Shown here piece by piece: positions 35,972-48,201 of a stretch of DNA of 64,000 nt; position 1 is the first letter of the stretch; each line of letters opens with the position of its first letter. Made by a program: the position numbers and the translations under genes. Source of the DNA: Pseudovirgaria hyperparasitica (taxonomy: Eukaryota); NCBI GenBank assembly GCA_010093815.1, contig ML996567.1. One strand, 5' to 3'. Below the pieces are notes generated by a model that was not told the origin of the DNA, ran no database searches, and was given only the letters and a program-made list of their open reading frames with translations.

Positions 35972-37717
35972 ATGGCAGCCGAAATCGAAAAACAGTCTCA
36001 TGTTCACCAAGAGTACACCGGCTCAGAGACTCGCACGCCGGTGCAGATCCAGTCGCAATTTGCCCTGCTGCGCGACCTCTCGGACGACCAGATGCAAGCT
36101 CTGGACAAGAGAATAGTCAAGATCCTGGATTGGCGGATGATGCCCATCATCACACTGATGTTCCTAATGAGGTAGTTTCATCTCGCCTCGTCAAGGCAGT
36201 AATATGCGAAACATGAATTGACTCGTTTCAGCTATCTCGACCGCATCAATGTCTCCAATGCTCGTCTCGCAGGCCTGCAAGACGACTTGCACATGTCCGA
36301 CACGATCTGGAACGCCGGGATTTCGACATTCTATGTGGGGTATTTGATCGGGCAGCTTCCAGGGGTGATATGGATGACGAAGATGAAGCCGAATCTGTTC
36401 TTGCCGGGGGTGATGCTCGCGTGGAGTGCTGCGACGATATGCATGCCGGCGATGACGAAGTGGGTTTTCTGAGTGTGTTCGCAGAGGGGAGACTTTGCAG
36501 CGTTGACACGGTGCTAGTGGAACTGGCTTCGTGCTCTGTCGATTCGTCATCGGGCTCTGTGAGGCGCCGTTCTTCCCTGGTATCACGCTGAGTGAGTACG
36601 CAACGAGGAAGGAAGTGGTGGATGTGGTGCTGATTGAGAGTAGTGACGTCGTCGTGGTATAACAAGCGTGAGAGTCCCACTCGGATGGCAGTGTGGCATG
36701 CCGGCAACACCGTCTCTAACATACTGTCTGGCTTCCTTGCCGCTGGTATCTTGACAAACATGGAAGGCGTCCATGGTCTGCACAGCTGGCAGTGGTTTTT
36801 CATCATAGAAGGTGCAGCATCAATTGCGATAGCTGTGGCAGCTTTCTTCCTTCTCCCAAGTTGGCCACACGATACGAGGTTTCTCACAGAAGAGGAGCGT
36901 GAGATGGCTCAGTATAGAGTTCTGGTATCGAATGGAGGCGTCGAAGAAGCCTTGGGTGGAACGTGGGATGGCATAAAGGAGGCGGCCAAAGACCCTTTCA
37001 CATGGTTGTTTTGTGGAATGCATTTTGCCTTGGTTACGGCGCAGAGCTTCAAGGACTTCTTGCCATCGGTAAGCCTCTTCGTACCAGGCCATCCAGATTC
37101 AGAGCACTTACAGAAGCATAGATCATGGAGACGTTCGGCTTCGACACGCTAACCACGTACCTCGTCCAAGCACCTCCCTATGCAATCGCGTATGCTATAT
37201 CATGCGGACTTGCCTACTCGTCAGGTTATTTCCAAGAGTCTTGCTTTCACATCATCGTCCCGATAATCTTCAGTGCCTTGGGTGCTTCACTGTTGATCGC
37301 AACCCTCAACGTTGGCGCACGTTACTTCGGGTTGATCCTGCTTATAACCGGCACGTATAGCGGACTCAATCTGCAGCTCTCATGGGAGACTACAGTGGTG
37401 CCCCATCCACGTAAGAAGAAAGCTGCACTGATCGCCATTGCAAATGCTATTTCGCAAGTCTCGCACTGGTTCAGTAAGTATTCTGAGCTTCGATGGGAGC
37501 GTTCATCTGACAGCGCAAAGGCCCACAATTTTTCCCGACATCCCAAGAGCCGTTTTATCGCCTAGGGGGTGGATTGATCCTTTTTGGCTGTCTTTTCGCC
37601 GTCATAATATGTCTGTTGGTAACTTGGCGGGCGAAAGTCCTCAACAAAAAGCTCGATGAGGCGGAAGGGTGGTCGGAGCATACGGGTAATGAACGGGGTT
37701 GGAGATATGTATACTAG
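35972..37717 (+). CDS. MFS anion:cation symporter (Dal5/Tna1/tartrate-permease-like), multi-exon
   Basis: LDWRMMPIITLMFLM|SYLDRINVSNARLAG, FYVGYLIGQLP, RFVIGLCEAPFFPG, SWYNKRESPTRMA, WQWFFIIEG, FLTEEER, C-terminal GWRYVY*. Confidence 0.9.
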
Positions 37718-37862
37718 GCTCAGCTCCCGCAGGAATTTACAGTTTGACGATAAGATGATTTTTTGGACCTGGTCGTTTAAGTGTTGATAGGTCACGATCC
37801 GATAGACCAGGCAGATGATTGCATAGTTCGATGCAAGCACCGGGTGATATCAGTGCGTCATA

Positions 37863-39636
37863 CTATATCCCTCGTTTTCTTTTGCCTTGTTTCGTCCCCT
37901 TCCTTGCCTTTTGTGAATTTTTTGTGGGAGGAGAGATGCTTGCCAGATCGTTCAGTAATACAGTCACAGCTCTTTCCCACATGCTGTCGTCTTCAGACTG
38001 CTCTGAGTGAGCAAGGAACTCTGCCAATTTCAACGGCGGTTGCATACGATGGACGAGATCTCTAATCGTAGTTTTACATTTCTCCGTGACTTGATCATCT
38101 GAAGGCATGGAATTATGTACTGCTAAGCACTGAAATAAGATCCTGAGCGAGTAAAGTACGGCTTGATATTCGGCAGAAGTCTGGATATATTCCCAATCGA
38201 TTCCATGTGTAGCACCTCTAAACAAATCCACCATGTTTCGTTTGGAAGGGAGTCTTCTACCTCGAGAGATCCGGGTAATGCAAACATATCTCATGCACAT
38301 TAGACGCCATCGATCGTTTTGTTTGTGGCCTGGAAACAGGTGTGCTATATGCGTGGCATTTTCGATGAAAGTCTGGCAATGCTCGATAATCTCTGGCTGG
38401 GAAAGCGAATCGATATAAGTGCCACCTATCTGGTGGCCAATTCTCGAGAACTCACGAGTACCACCAGGCGTTCCATTGAGTCGAGCAATAGCGTATCCAA
38501 GCTGCCGGAAGTATCGACCAGAGTCCCAAGGCGAATGCTTATCAGGGTCATCAAGTAGCACAGGCATGTATATCCTGCAGTCCGACTGCAAGGAGTTGAT
38601 CTCCGAGAAGGCCAGTCGATCAGAAGAAAATACTCCGGCATGCAGTAAATACTCCGAGACTCTGGGATCAACCATGATGTTCTCTGTGAGGTGCCTCGTC
38701 ATAAAGGTTCTGCTGAACGAAGTCTCATGGCAATTATGCAAGTATGGTTGCGCAAACCTGTCTATGTCGTCTCCAACTGAATCTTGGGATAGAGCGGCGG
38801 ACGCACATTGCCTGAGCGATTTGTGGCTGTCCAGGGTAAACTGAAATGCAACCTGAGTCATTGCGGTAACACCAAGTTCACGTGTAATGCCTCGAGGTAT
38901 GAAGCATGGGACACTGAACATCGCTCCAGACTCATCTGTCGGCATGTGCACTCCAAGGTCATTCAGAAAAACTACAGTTCCGTCGCCAATATCGTGAATA
39001 ATGAGATCTGAGTCTGACGTAATGACTATCCCACCAGTAGAGTGCGCCAGCGTTGCACAATGATCATCAGCTTCGCCATCAACAAGTGACACCATGTTCT
39101 GATATTTGCTCAGCAGCAACGCCTCTATCACCGCCGGCACCAAGAATGGTAGGGGTGGGAAAGTGCCGAGAGCCCATGCGCGCGTATGGATGTTCTGCTT
39201 TGCCTTGAAGGATATCAGGCGATTCAAGCTGCTTGTAAGTCGATCGAGACGTTCTTTACGCTTCGATATTGGTAGACCGCCATCAAAATAGATTGCCTTA
39301 CTAACAATTGTCAGTATAGAGAGACTGGATTAGGGCCGAAATGTCAAAGCATTCAAATAATGGAGTCTACTCTATTTTGACGTCAACATACACCTGCCCA
39401 TTGTAAGCTTCCAACTTCGACAGCCAATCTACAGTAGCTTCCCCGATCGCATGGTAAGTGAGTGTAGAGGCGAATGTGTTTGTCGCCCCACTCGCTAAAA
39501 TCTCTTGGGAGAAGATGAAATGCGCCAATGCAGGTCCATCAATGATGAGTTGTTTTGGCTTGTCGTCATTCGTAATTTCGAATTGTAGAGACGTCGCATA
39601 GGGCTGTACCTTGGATAGAAAGCCAGGTATACCCAT
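37863..39636 (-). CDS. Asteroid/XPG_I-like PIN-domain nuclease family protein
   Basis: MGIPGFLSKV, IIDGPALAH, IYFDGGLPISKRKERLDRL, PFLVPAVIEAL, GEADDHCA, ITSDSDLIIHD, DPRVSE; one intron near 39300-39390. Confidence 0.85.
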
Positions 39637-40018
39637 ATTGAGAGGCCTCTGGTCCTTGGCTGAGAGCTGACGCGATCATCAATATTAGAGTCTAGAAATG
39701 CGAATACGGCTGATGCTCGGCGAGCTTGTTCAATTTCTGCTTGTGATTGGCCACAGATTTTTAGCTCCACAAGTGGGGACTAAGCTCCGGAAGTGAATGA
39801 TTTACGAGTCGGCACACATCAACATCAACAACTTCGGATGGCGTCACAAACCGAAAATATACTCACATAAGAGGCGAACGGATATATGAAGGAGTGATAC
39901 CCTCCTTGACATGAGAGTCATAACGTATAGTAGGCTGATCATCATGTTGGTGTACTCTTTTCAACAGTCCCATCCCAGACTGACGAGTGTCCAAGTCCTC
40001 TTCATAGATACAAAATAG

Positions 40019-41113
40019 CTATGTTGGCTCCCCGGAAGGGCCCTGCATGACAGTCCCGAGTGGTTCAGGACTCCCAAATATTGGTTGCCCATTCCTATCC
40101 CACTTAACAATCTTCGCCATCGTGTATCGCGACCGGTCGCATGCGCCATTGCTATTCGCCGTGGCATGATATACATTCCATATCTGAGTTCCGTCTGGAC
40201 TCTGGAAGAAGCTATGAATCATTATCAGCATATGTTCTCAGATCCTCAAAAGCCTAGAAAAAAGTATAGCTTACCCATTATGACCCGGCCCAAAATTCCC
40301 ATTCGCACTTTGCAAGAATGGCCCAGTCTTTGTCCAGCTCGCCTTCTTAAGCGGATCCCCGCCAACATAAGTCAATACGCCCAGCTGGTAACTGCTTGTC
40401 CCACAGTAGCTCGCGGAGAAGCTCAGAAACGTCTTGCCCTTGTGGTACATAGCAGCTGGACCCTCATTCACGCCGAACCCAACAGTCTCCCAATCTGCTT
40501 CTGGTAACGACAGCTCATGCGTCTCACCCAGCGTACCAGGCTCGAGCAATTCTGCAATACAGAGGCCTTGGAGGTCGGATGTAATACATGACCATACGAA
40601 ATAGAGCTGATCTGGGAAACGAAGGACCGTACCGTCGATGCCAAACTCCGAGGTCAGCGTCGACAGATATGTATATGTGTCGAACGGGGTGGCACCGCCA
40701 ATGAGTACGTGCGGGCGCTGTGTGTCACAGCATGTAGTGCAGAAGCCAGCGCTAAAGTAGAGATACCATCTAGATGACACATTAGTACGACTTGAACGTC
40801 TGTCTGTGCAAGAGGCGAAATATTACCGGCCGTGGATATAGTGCAGCTCTGGCGCCCATAACTCGCAGCTGCGCGACGGGTCGTCGGGGGTGAAGACGGT
40901 GCGTGTCTCGCCATCCTTGAGTCCCTCGAGAGTGGTAGCCCGTGTAATCTGGACGTTGCTATATGTGGTCGTGGTCAGATAATAGTAGCCATCGAAGACG
41001 ACTATGTGTGGATCACTCCCTAAGTCAGGTTTCAGGGGATCAGAGTAGTTTGCTGCGAAGACGAGGGAGATGGCGGATAGGCATATCGCCGAGAGTAAAG
41101 TAAGAAGTCTCAT
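40019..41113 (-). CDS. Secreted glycoside hydrolase family 43 (arabinofuranosidase-like)
   Basis: Signal peptide; SDPH, LWAPELH, WYLYFSAG, IDGTV, VNEGPA, FGPGHN, WNVYHA; two introns. Confidence 0.9.
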
Positions 41114-42238
41114 ATCTTACAAGAGAGAAATTGAGATTTACTTGTTGTGGTCTTCCAATATGCCTTCTCTCGAGCTTCTCATATGCTTACTGTCACGAGA
41201 AAACTAGACATTGGACTAAGTGATCTTGGCATGAAATTTTCGGTTATTAGGGAATGATCATCTTCAATCGGGATACAGTAAGTAAAGCGAAGTCAGAAGA
41301 TGATTCCAATGTTCATGATACCAAAGTTTCATCAGTTTGTGCAATATGCCGAGCACACCAAGATCTTGGAGATGATGGAGACTCCACATTACGAATAATG
41401 AATGACACAGGGGTGGGCCTCTCATGATATTCTTTTGTTTTCCTTGCTTGTATCAAGCCCTAATTGAAGTAGTTGGGTGAATTTCCTACCCCGCAAAATG
41501 CTAAAAGGGCTTGTTGCTCTTTCTTGGCAGCCCGCCGGATGCAATGTCGATCCATCCTTGAGTATAGACAATACCGGCTAAGTTGCGAACAGCATCTTCA
41601 AGTCGCGTGGTCCTAATAACGGATCATGCCTCCAAGCTCCCGTGAACAACATCCCTGCTTGGTGTGCACGGCAATCAATCCTTTGCAAACCCACCGGAAC
41701 CTCACTATTACTAGACCAATCGTCCCGAACGCTTCCCCGGATTTCGGCCTATCAAGTTCCGGATCTAGTAATGGCGCATCGCCTTCACCTGGGGTCCTGT
41801 TTAAGTTCGCAACGGGCCTGCATCTGATTCTTAGCGTAACATCTGGGAGGGTATGTCATAATCCTGGGCTCACGTCATGTGAACGATGTCGCCTGATGGT
41901 AAGTTTTATCCATATAGTGCTCGGGCGAACCATACACTTGCAGCCGTCTTGGCAGTTCGATTGTTATACCTCACTCCTTTCTGACTTGGGAGCACGAGAT
42001 TGGGAAGAGAATTCGTCCTATAAGCAAGGATCGTGTAAGATTTTCCCAATTTTGACAAGAGATACCTGGAGGCCTTCGCGAGACTTTGGTACCTGATCTG
42101 CTCTCACTACCGAGCGCGGCATATGGAAGTGGAGAGACATCGTTTTCTGCGTATATATGATCGTCATACCTATGCCTATAACCTCACATAGGAGTCACTG
42201 AACCGTTCTTCCTTTCTTTACTCACAAATTCCACCGCA

Positions 42239-43361
42239 ATGCATCTCTCCACATGTCTTCTCGCAGCCGCCACACTCAACTTCGCCATCGCTCTTCCTTC
42301 TAACCTCGAACACCGGAATGACAAGGTCGGCTACCTCTTCACCCACTTTCCCCCTGATGATGAAGCAATCCACATGCTCCTCTCAGACGGCAACAATGCC
42401 CAGACCGGCTGGAAGACGCTCTCCTATGATGGAACCTCTAACACCTCCGCCATCCTGCGTAGCGACGTTGGCACTAAAGGCGTACGCGACAGTCATATCG
42501 TCACATCTCCTGATGGATGCAAGCACTACCTCATTGCCACGGACCTAAACGCCGAGGCCCTTAATTACGACTACAACTACGCCAGCCGCTTTGGCAGTTT
42601 GTCCATTGTCGTCTGGGAGTCCCCGTAAGCCTGTTCCTTCCCATTCTCCGGCTTGCAAAGCCCGGCCCTCCTAACGCTGTGATAGTGATCTCATCAACTG
42701 GTCCTCCGCACGCCTCACTCCGCCCCTTGTCGACGCATCCGCCGGAAACGTCTGGGCACCCGAAGCAAACTGGGACTCTCAACTCCAGGCCTACATCATC
42801 GTCTTCGCTGCCCGCTACTGGTCCGCGTCTGACCCGGATCGAACTGGCGCACAACCGCCCAACATCCTGCAGTACGTCACAACAACCGACTTCCGGACCT
42901 TCTCCGCGCCAACAGAGTATTTTGCACCAGGTTATCCCGTTATCGACGCCACGTTTCTCCACGTACCAGAGCAAGGCCCGGATGTGTGGTATCGCTGGGT
43001 GAAGTCCGAGGTCGACTACATGGTGTTTCAACAGCGGAGCGAGGACGGGATCCGAGGGACGTGGACGAATGTGGGTGGAGCACCGGATTCGGAACGGATC
43101 GAGTTTGCGAGACAGTATTCGAACAATGAGGGGCCGCTGATCTTCAGAGATAATGTTGATCCGGGTTTATTTCATCTTTGGATTGATGAGAGTACTTTGG
43201 ACAGCTACATCCCAGGGCAAGCAAGAACCCTGGATGACATGGCGGCGTGGGAAGGGCTAGGGTTGGATGGATTCCCGACGCGGGCAAAGCATGGTGTTGT
43301 GGTGGCGTTGAATCGGGAGCAGTATCGTGGAATTAGCACAAAGTACAAGGTAGTTGCGTGA
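42239..43361 (+). CDS. Secreted GH43-like beta-propeller glycosidase (arabinosidase/xylosidase-like)
   Basis: Signal peptide; VGYLFTHF, KGVRDSHIV, YLIATDL, SIVVWES, AGNVWAPE, VIDATF, WYRWVKSE, NEGPLIF, KHGVV; one intron near 42625-42685. Confidence 0.85.
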
Positions 43362-43815
43362 AGAAGGCGGTGCGATAGAAAGATATCATCTTGAAAAGGA
43401 TTGGGAACAGACGTTACGGTAATGATCAACCATATCTCAAACAAAATAATTGGATCCATGGCTCTCTGATGGTCATATCGTGATGGTTGTGAGCCGTCTG
43501 AAGTAACAATGCAATGTAGAGAATATAATGACAAACAGTGCGTGAGTATCGATATTGCACTTTAAGAGCTAGTCCAATAGCATTGTGCAGATACGGAACT
43601 TGTACAACAATATGGCAGTCTTGCTTTGTTACTCCGTCGCAGGGGAGATGCATGACTACTAATGGTTGTTGTAGCGTGTTGTATAGGATCTTAAGCATTG
43701 ATCCATGAGATATCTACGAGATACAGATGTCGGAGTGTTATGATGCTCATGAGCTTTGAGCTATATCGAAAGTCCGGTAAGTGGAAGCTGCGAACTGGGG
43801 GCATCTACATAGAGT

Positions 43816-45988
43816 ATGAGGGTGATGGTGACTGGCGAACGTGTGTTCTTGCCCCCAAACATATTCCTCTGTCGACGACTCCCTCAACGATATTGCAAGT
43901 ATTCATTTGAGTCTGAGGATGATGTCCCGGTGCCATCAGATGGCATGATCGCCATGGAGGCCGACACCAGTCCATCGAAGAAGAGGTTCGACGCAATCAG
44001 AGCCAAGTGGGAGAAGGTCGCAACACCGAAGCAAGAAAACCTCCAGTCGAACAAAGGAACAACAGCGCACATGTTCAACATGAAACGTCTGCCGCAGTCT
44101 TTGTCCGAGCCCAATCTCCCCAAACAACAACAACAGCAACAACAACAAGATACGGAGCCACTACAGAGCCGAATAAAGCGTTTCACCTCCATTGCTAACT
44201 TAACCACGCCTCTGTCCGCCATCACTTCACGCGCCCGTCGACGCGACCCACAGCTTCTTCTCCCTCCATCCTCCCAATCGTCGAACCCCAATCAGTGTGC
44301 CTCTTCGACCGCGATCGTGATCCGCCAGTCGCCCGTCAAAGCAAAGATCCACGATGCCGAAGCCATGATTTCTTCACCCAAAAAGCACCAGAATACGCTG
44401 CCGAGGAGTGCTACGACGAGCAACCTCCCCGTGCTTGCAAGATCGCGTCCTGTCTCAGGCACGTCCTTGAGCTCTTCGCTCCGCTCAGCCAACGCACCTC
44501 TCCCACAAAGCAGGATTCCAACACCAGGCCAAAATGCAATCGACCAGCGCAGTGCCAAGTTGGCCGCAGCTGGCAAAGCTCTCGCCAGTATTGCCAATCC
44601 CCCAGACTTGACCCGATCTCTGACACAGCCCATGTTCCCATCCATGGCGATGCCTTCTCGTTTCATAACTCCGAGACCTGAGAGCTCGCGAAGGGAACAG
44701 CCATCTGGCACGTCATTGAGAGGAGGTGGCGGTAGCATGAGACGAACCTCCTCGTACCTCAAGAGAGACAAGGTGGATACGCTTGGTCAGATCAAGGAAT
44801 CGTCAGACATGTCGGGAGGCACCGAAGATGACAAGAAAGACAAAGCAAAAGATAAAGAAAAGCTTAGTAGAAATTCTGAAGAGAAGGACAAGACCATGCA
44901 TGCCAATGGGTCGCGCCACGTCAAATCACCGCCATCAAACGAGCAAACACCGAAAGCAAAGTACCACCTCATCCCGCAGCAGAACGGCAGAGATAAAGGT
45001 AGAAAGCACAACTCTCTTACCGTACCGCAATTGAGAACCCCACGGGCGATTACAATTGATACAAAGAACGACCTAGCATTGGTCCCCGTGACGGCCAAGA
45101 AGCTGCAAGTACCTTCTGGCATGATGAGGCATGCTTCGGTCCATGATATGATAGCCCAACCTACCCTTACCAATGTTTCCAAGCCCGAACTACCACGCAG
45201 CCATACTTTTAGCGGTATCAATAATTTCTTCAAGAGCTCCCGCGACAGTATAGGAAGCATGGCGAGCATTACTGCGCGACGGCGTTCCGACTCGAGACCC
45301 AGAAACTGTCTTGCTGGAGCGGAGGATCTCGACGTGGAAAATATTCCTCGAGAGGTGAGTGGTCTTATTTTTACTTCCGTCTAGACAACCACGAATCCTC
45401 CTATCCCATTCTTACGGCGCGCTTGTTCTTTCACTCTCTCTCTACTAAGCCCTTAACATCTATGCCCTTTTTCCTACTGCTCGTCAAATCTGACCATATT
45501 TCCCATCTCAGGTACATAAATCAGAGGACAACGGATACTGGTGCGGCCGCCTGTGTACCATAGACAATCGTCTCCGCGACGAAGGCACAATGTATTCCCA
45601 CCGCCACGCCGCCCGTGACGACGACGCACGTCTCCGCAAAGCCTTCCGCGAGCTCAAGGGGCTGTGTAAGACCGAAGAAGCAACTTCTAGCCTACGGGTA
45701 TGTACATAATCAGCTACCCAGTTCTCTTCTTTTTATGATTTGAGTTGAGGCCAAAGATTAATCTTGGAAATGCAGCGCTACATGCATCGCTACGCCACCA
45801 CGCAGCAGAACATGACCTGGGTTATGCAGGAGTTGCCCCGGGAACCGAAAAGAACGCCCATCAGGGACGCTGATCGAGGATCTTTCGGTTCGTTTGGCAG
45901 TGTTGGTGGAGGTGGCCGTACGCCGAGTGTAAGGATTGGACTTAGGCATTTGTTCGGTAGGAATGGAAGTAAGGGACAGCCGGCGTAA
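43816..45988 (+). CDS. Uncharacterised Ser/Pro-rich disordered protein with short helical C-terminal domain (start uncertain)
   Basis: 522-aa ORF with polyQ (44124-44148); GT-AG introns link to an exon encoding GYWCGRLCTIDNRLR...DDDARLRKAFRELKGLCKTEEA and a last exon ending at 45988. Confidence 0.65.
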
Positions 45989-46413
45989 TGTGCGAGCAGG
46001 AAAGCTTATTGCAGCTACGGGCCGAGTAGTAAGAGTGGTATTGCATGGCGTGGTATGACGGTGGAGATACGGAAGGGAAGACAGATGTATGGCGTACCGG
46101 GGCGGGGGAGTTCAATTGCCAATGTTCTGCATTATTTGGCGAGTCGAATGTGCGCGGCCTTGCGCGAACAAAAAGTATGTGTCAAGAGGATCGATAAGAC
46201 ATTCTACTTTTGTATGTCTGAGGTGGTTGGTTTCAAGATGCTACAAAAGAGCAGCTGGTCGGGGTGTTAGCCAGACAGGAAGCTCACATAACGCCGTGTA
46301 AATGCCCACGTAAAAAACGCCGTCTCTGCACGTCCCATACCCGCGAGTTCTAAACTTTTGTCATCATCTCCATCATTTTCCTGCTCCTTGGCTGTGAACA
46401 TGCCATCTCCACT

Positions 46414-47924
46414 TCAATCCTTTCCTTTCTTGACAGCAGCAGCTTTATTGGTCATGTACGTCTTCATCTGTTCAATGCGATTCACAAAAAACACCCTCTT
46501 GACATCGTTCTTCCATACCAAGACACCGAGATTTCCGGCGTACGCCACCGCGTCCGCATACTCGTCCTTGCTCCCAAACTCCTTGAGCAAGTATCCATGA
46601 GTGGCCTTCATCCGATCCCCCTCGATTTGCCATAGGCGGATCTGATCAACGACTGTAGGAGGCAGGACTGGATTGCTCTTCGCCATCTGTGGGTGCGCGT
46701 GCGTGGCCAGATAGCTGATGATCTGATCGGACGTGATGCCATACCCGATAGCTCGTTGCACGGATGATTTCGTGAGTTGGCCGGCGACGAGGTTAGGGTA
46801 ACGGGTTTTGAGTTTGGTGAAGAGATTGAGCACGGCGATTTGGAGGACCGAGGAGGTGTAGGCGTAGAGACGGTAGTTGGTTTCGATTATGATGTAGCCT
46901 TTGCCGGCGGCTGGGGCGCTGGTCGGGGTGGAGGATAGGGACGTGTTGGAAAGGGCGGAGCCGTCCGATGTGAGGGTTGTGGCAAGTCGAGTTGGGTAGA
47001 AGACTGGGGAGGAGGGCGACGGCCGGTATACGATGCCGAAGTCGTTGAGATCGTCCAGCATATGTTTTTGAGTGGGCGTCAGGTTCTCTGCAGAGTAGTC
47101 TTGCCCGAGTTCGAGAGAGCCCAGCATGAAGAGAAAAGAAATGATATCGACGTGTTCCATTTGTAGCGATTTAGCGTTGTTCAAATATACGACAAGTAAA
47201 GACCAAATCTGTGCATTGACTTCTTGAAGTAAGAAGGTAAAGCCGACCTGGGTTATTGAGACGCGACTGTTCTTATTTGTTACAAAGTTGCCGGTGCTGA
47301 GAAGAATTTTCGTGCCGGTGCTGATTTCTGCGGCTGAGCGAAGACCTGCGCCGGTGCTGGCGACCATGTAGTAGAGGATTGCTTCCCACTGCTGGCGAGC
47401 ATAATCATCGAGGAATGTTATATCCTTTTTCTCTGTCTCAGGCGTGTTGCACGGTATGCCGAATGACCTGTGGTTTCCGCCGCCTGTTAACGCTTGCCGC
47501 AGCGATTTTGCGAAGATCGGGGAGAGGCGGTAGACAGGTTTGGAGGGGATTTCTTGGTCGATGGACAGGATGTGTAGCCCCTGGAGGAGAGTGACAGCCT
47601 GTTCCTTTTCCCTTTACTTTTTGTCAGTCGTGGCCTGTAGTGGTAGCTGATATCACTTACGCCTTGGCGTCCGGACGTATCCAAGCATCAAGATCTGTAG
47701 CGGCGAGCGGACCTGGCATGTACAGCATAGCGGCGACAATAGTCTTTGCTACAAACAGCGCATTAGCAAGTGATAAGAGCACCATGAAGCCTTTACCAAC
47801 CTAAGTGCGGCAGCAATCGTCGAAAGACAGCTAGGACAGTGCTCGGCAGCTGGTACAATTTCTTGTGGTCGACGCCGGGCAGACTCTCCAGGTAGTCCAG
47901 AGCCTGGGTTGATGACGCCGACAT
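46414..47924 (-). CDS. TFB2: TFIIH subunit Tfb2 (p52)
   Basis: LDYLESLP, TVLAVFRRLLPHL, FLDDYARQQWEAILYYMV, ITQVGFTFLLQEVNAQIWSLL, FYPTRLATTLTS, IIIETNYRLYAYT, LPPTVVDQIRLWQIEGDRM. Confidence 0.95.
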
Positions 47925-48201
47925 CGTGAAAAGATGTAGGGTCGTAACAGGTATATCGTCACCTAAGTATCATTGTAATGTGGATAAGACGCGTACAAGT
48001 AAAATCTGCTACGCGCGATTGTGAAGTGAGGCAGAGGTATTGAAGTCCGAACGTTAGAGAAGGCTGCTCTGATGTCAATGGATCAAGAACTCCACAATGT
48101 CTTGGCACTATCTATGCTAAGCCCTTTAGGGCTGAACCCAGTGTCGACGTTTCGGAACAGGCTGTGATCTTAATTCCTCTCATCTTTACAAAAAGCTAGC
48201 C

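Noticed and set aside
29680..37717. Complete itaconate biosynthesis cluster
   Set aside because: No cis- or trans-aconitate decarboxylase (CadA/Tad1) in or beside the module.
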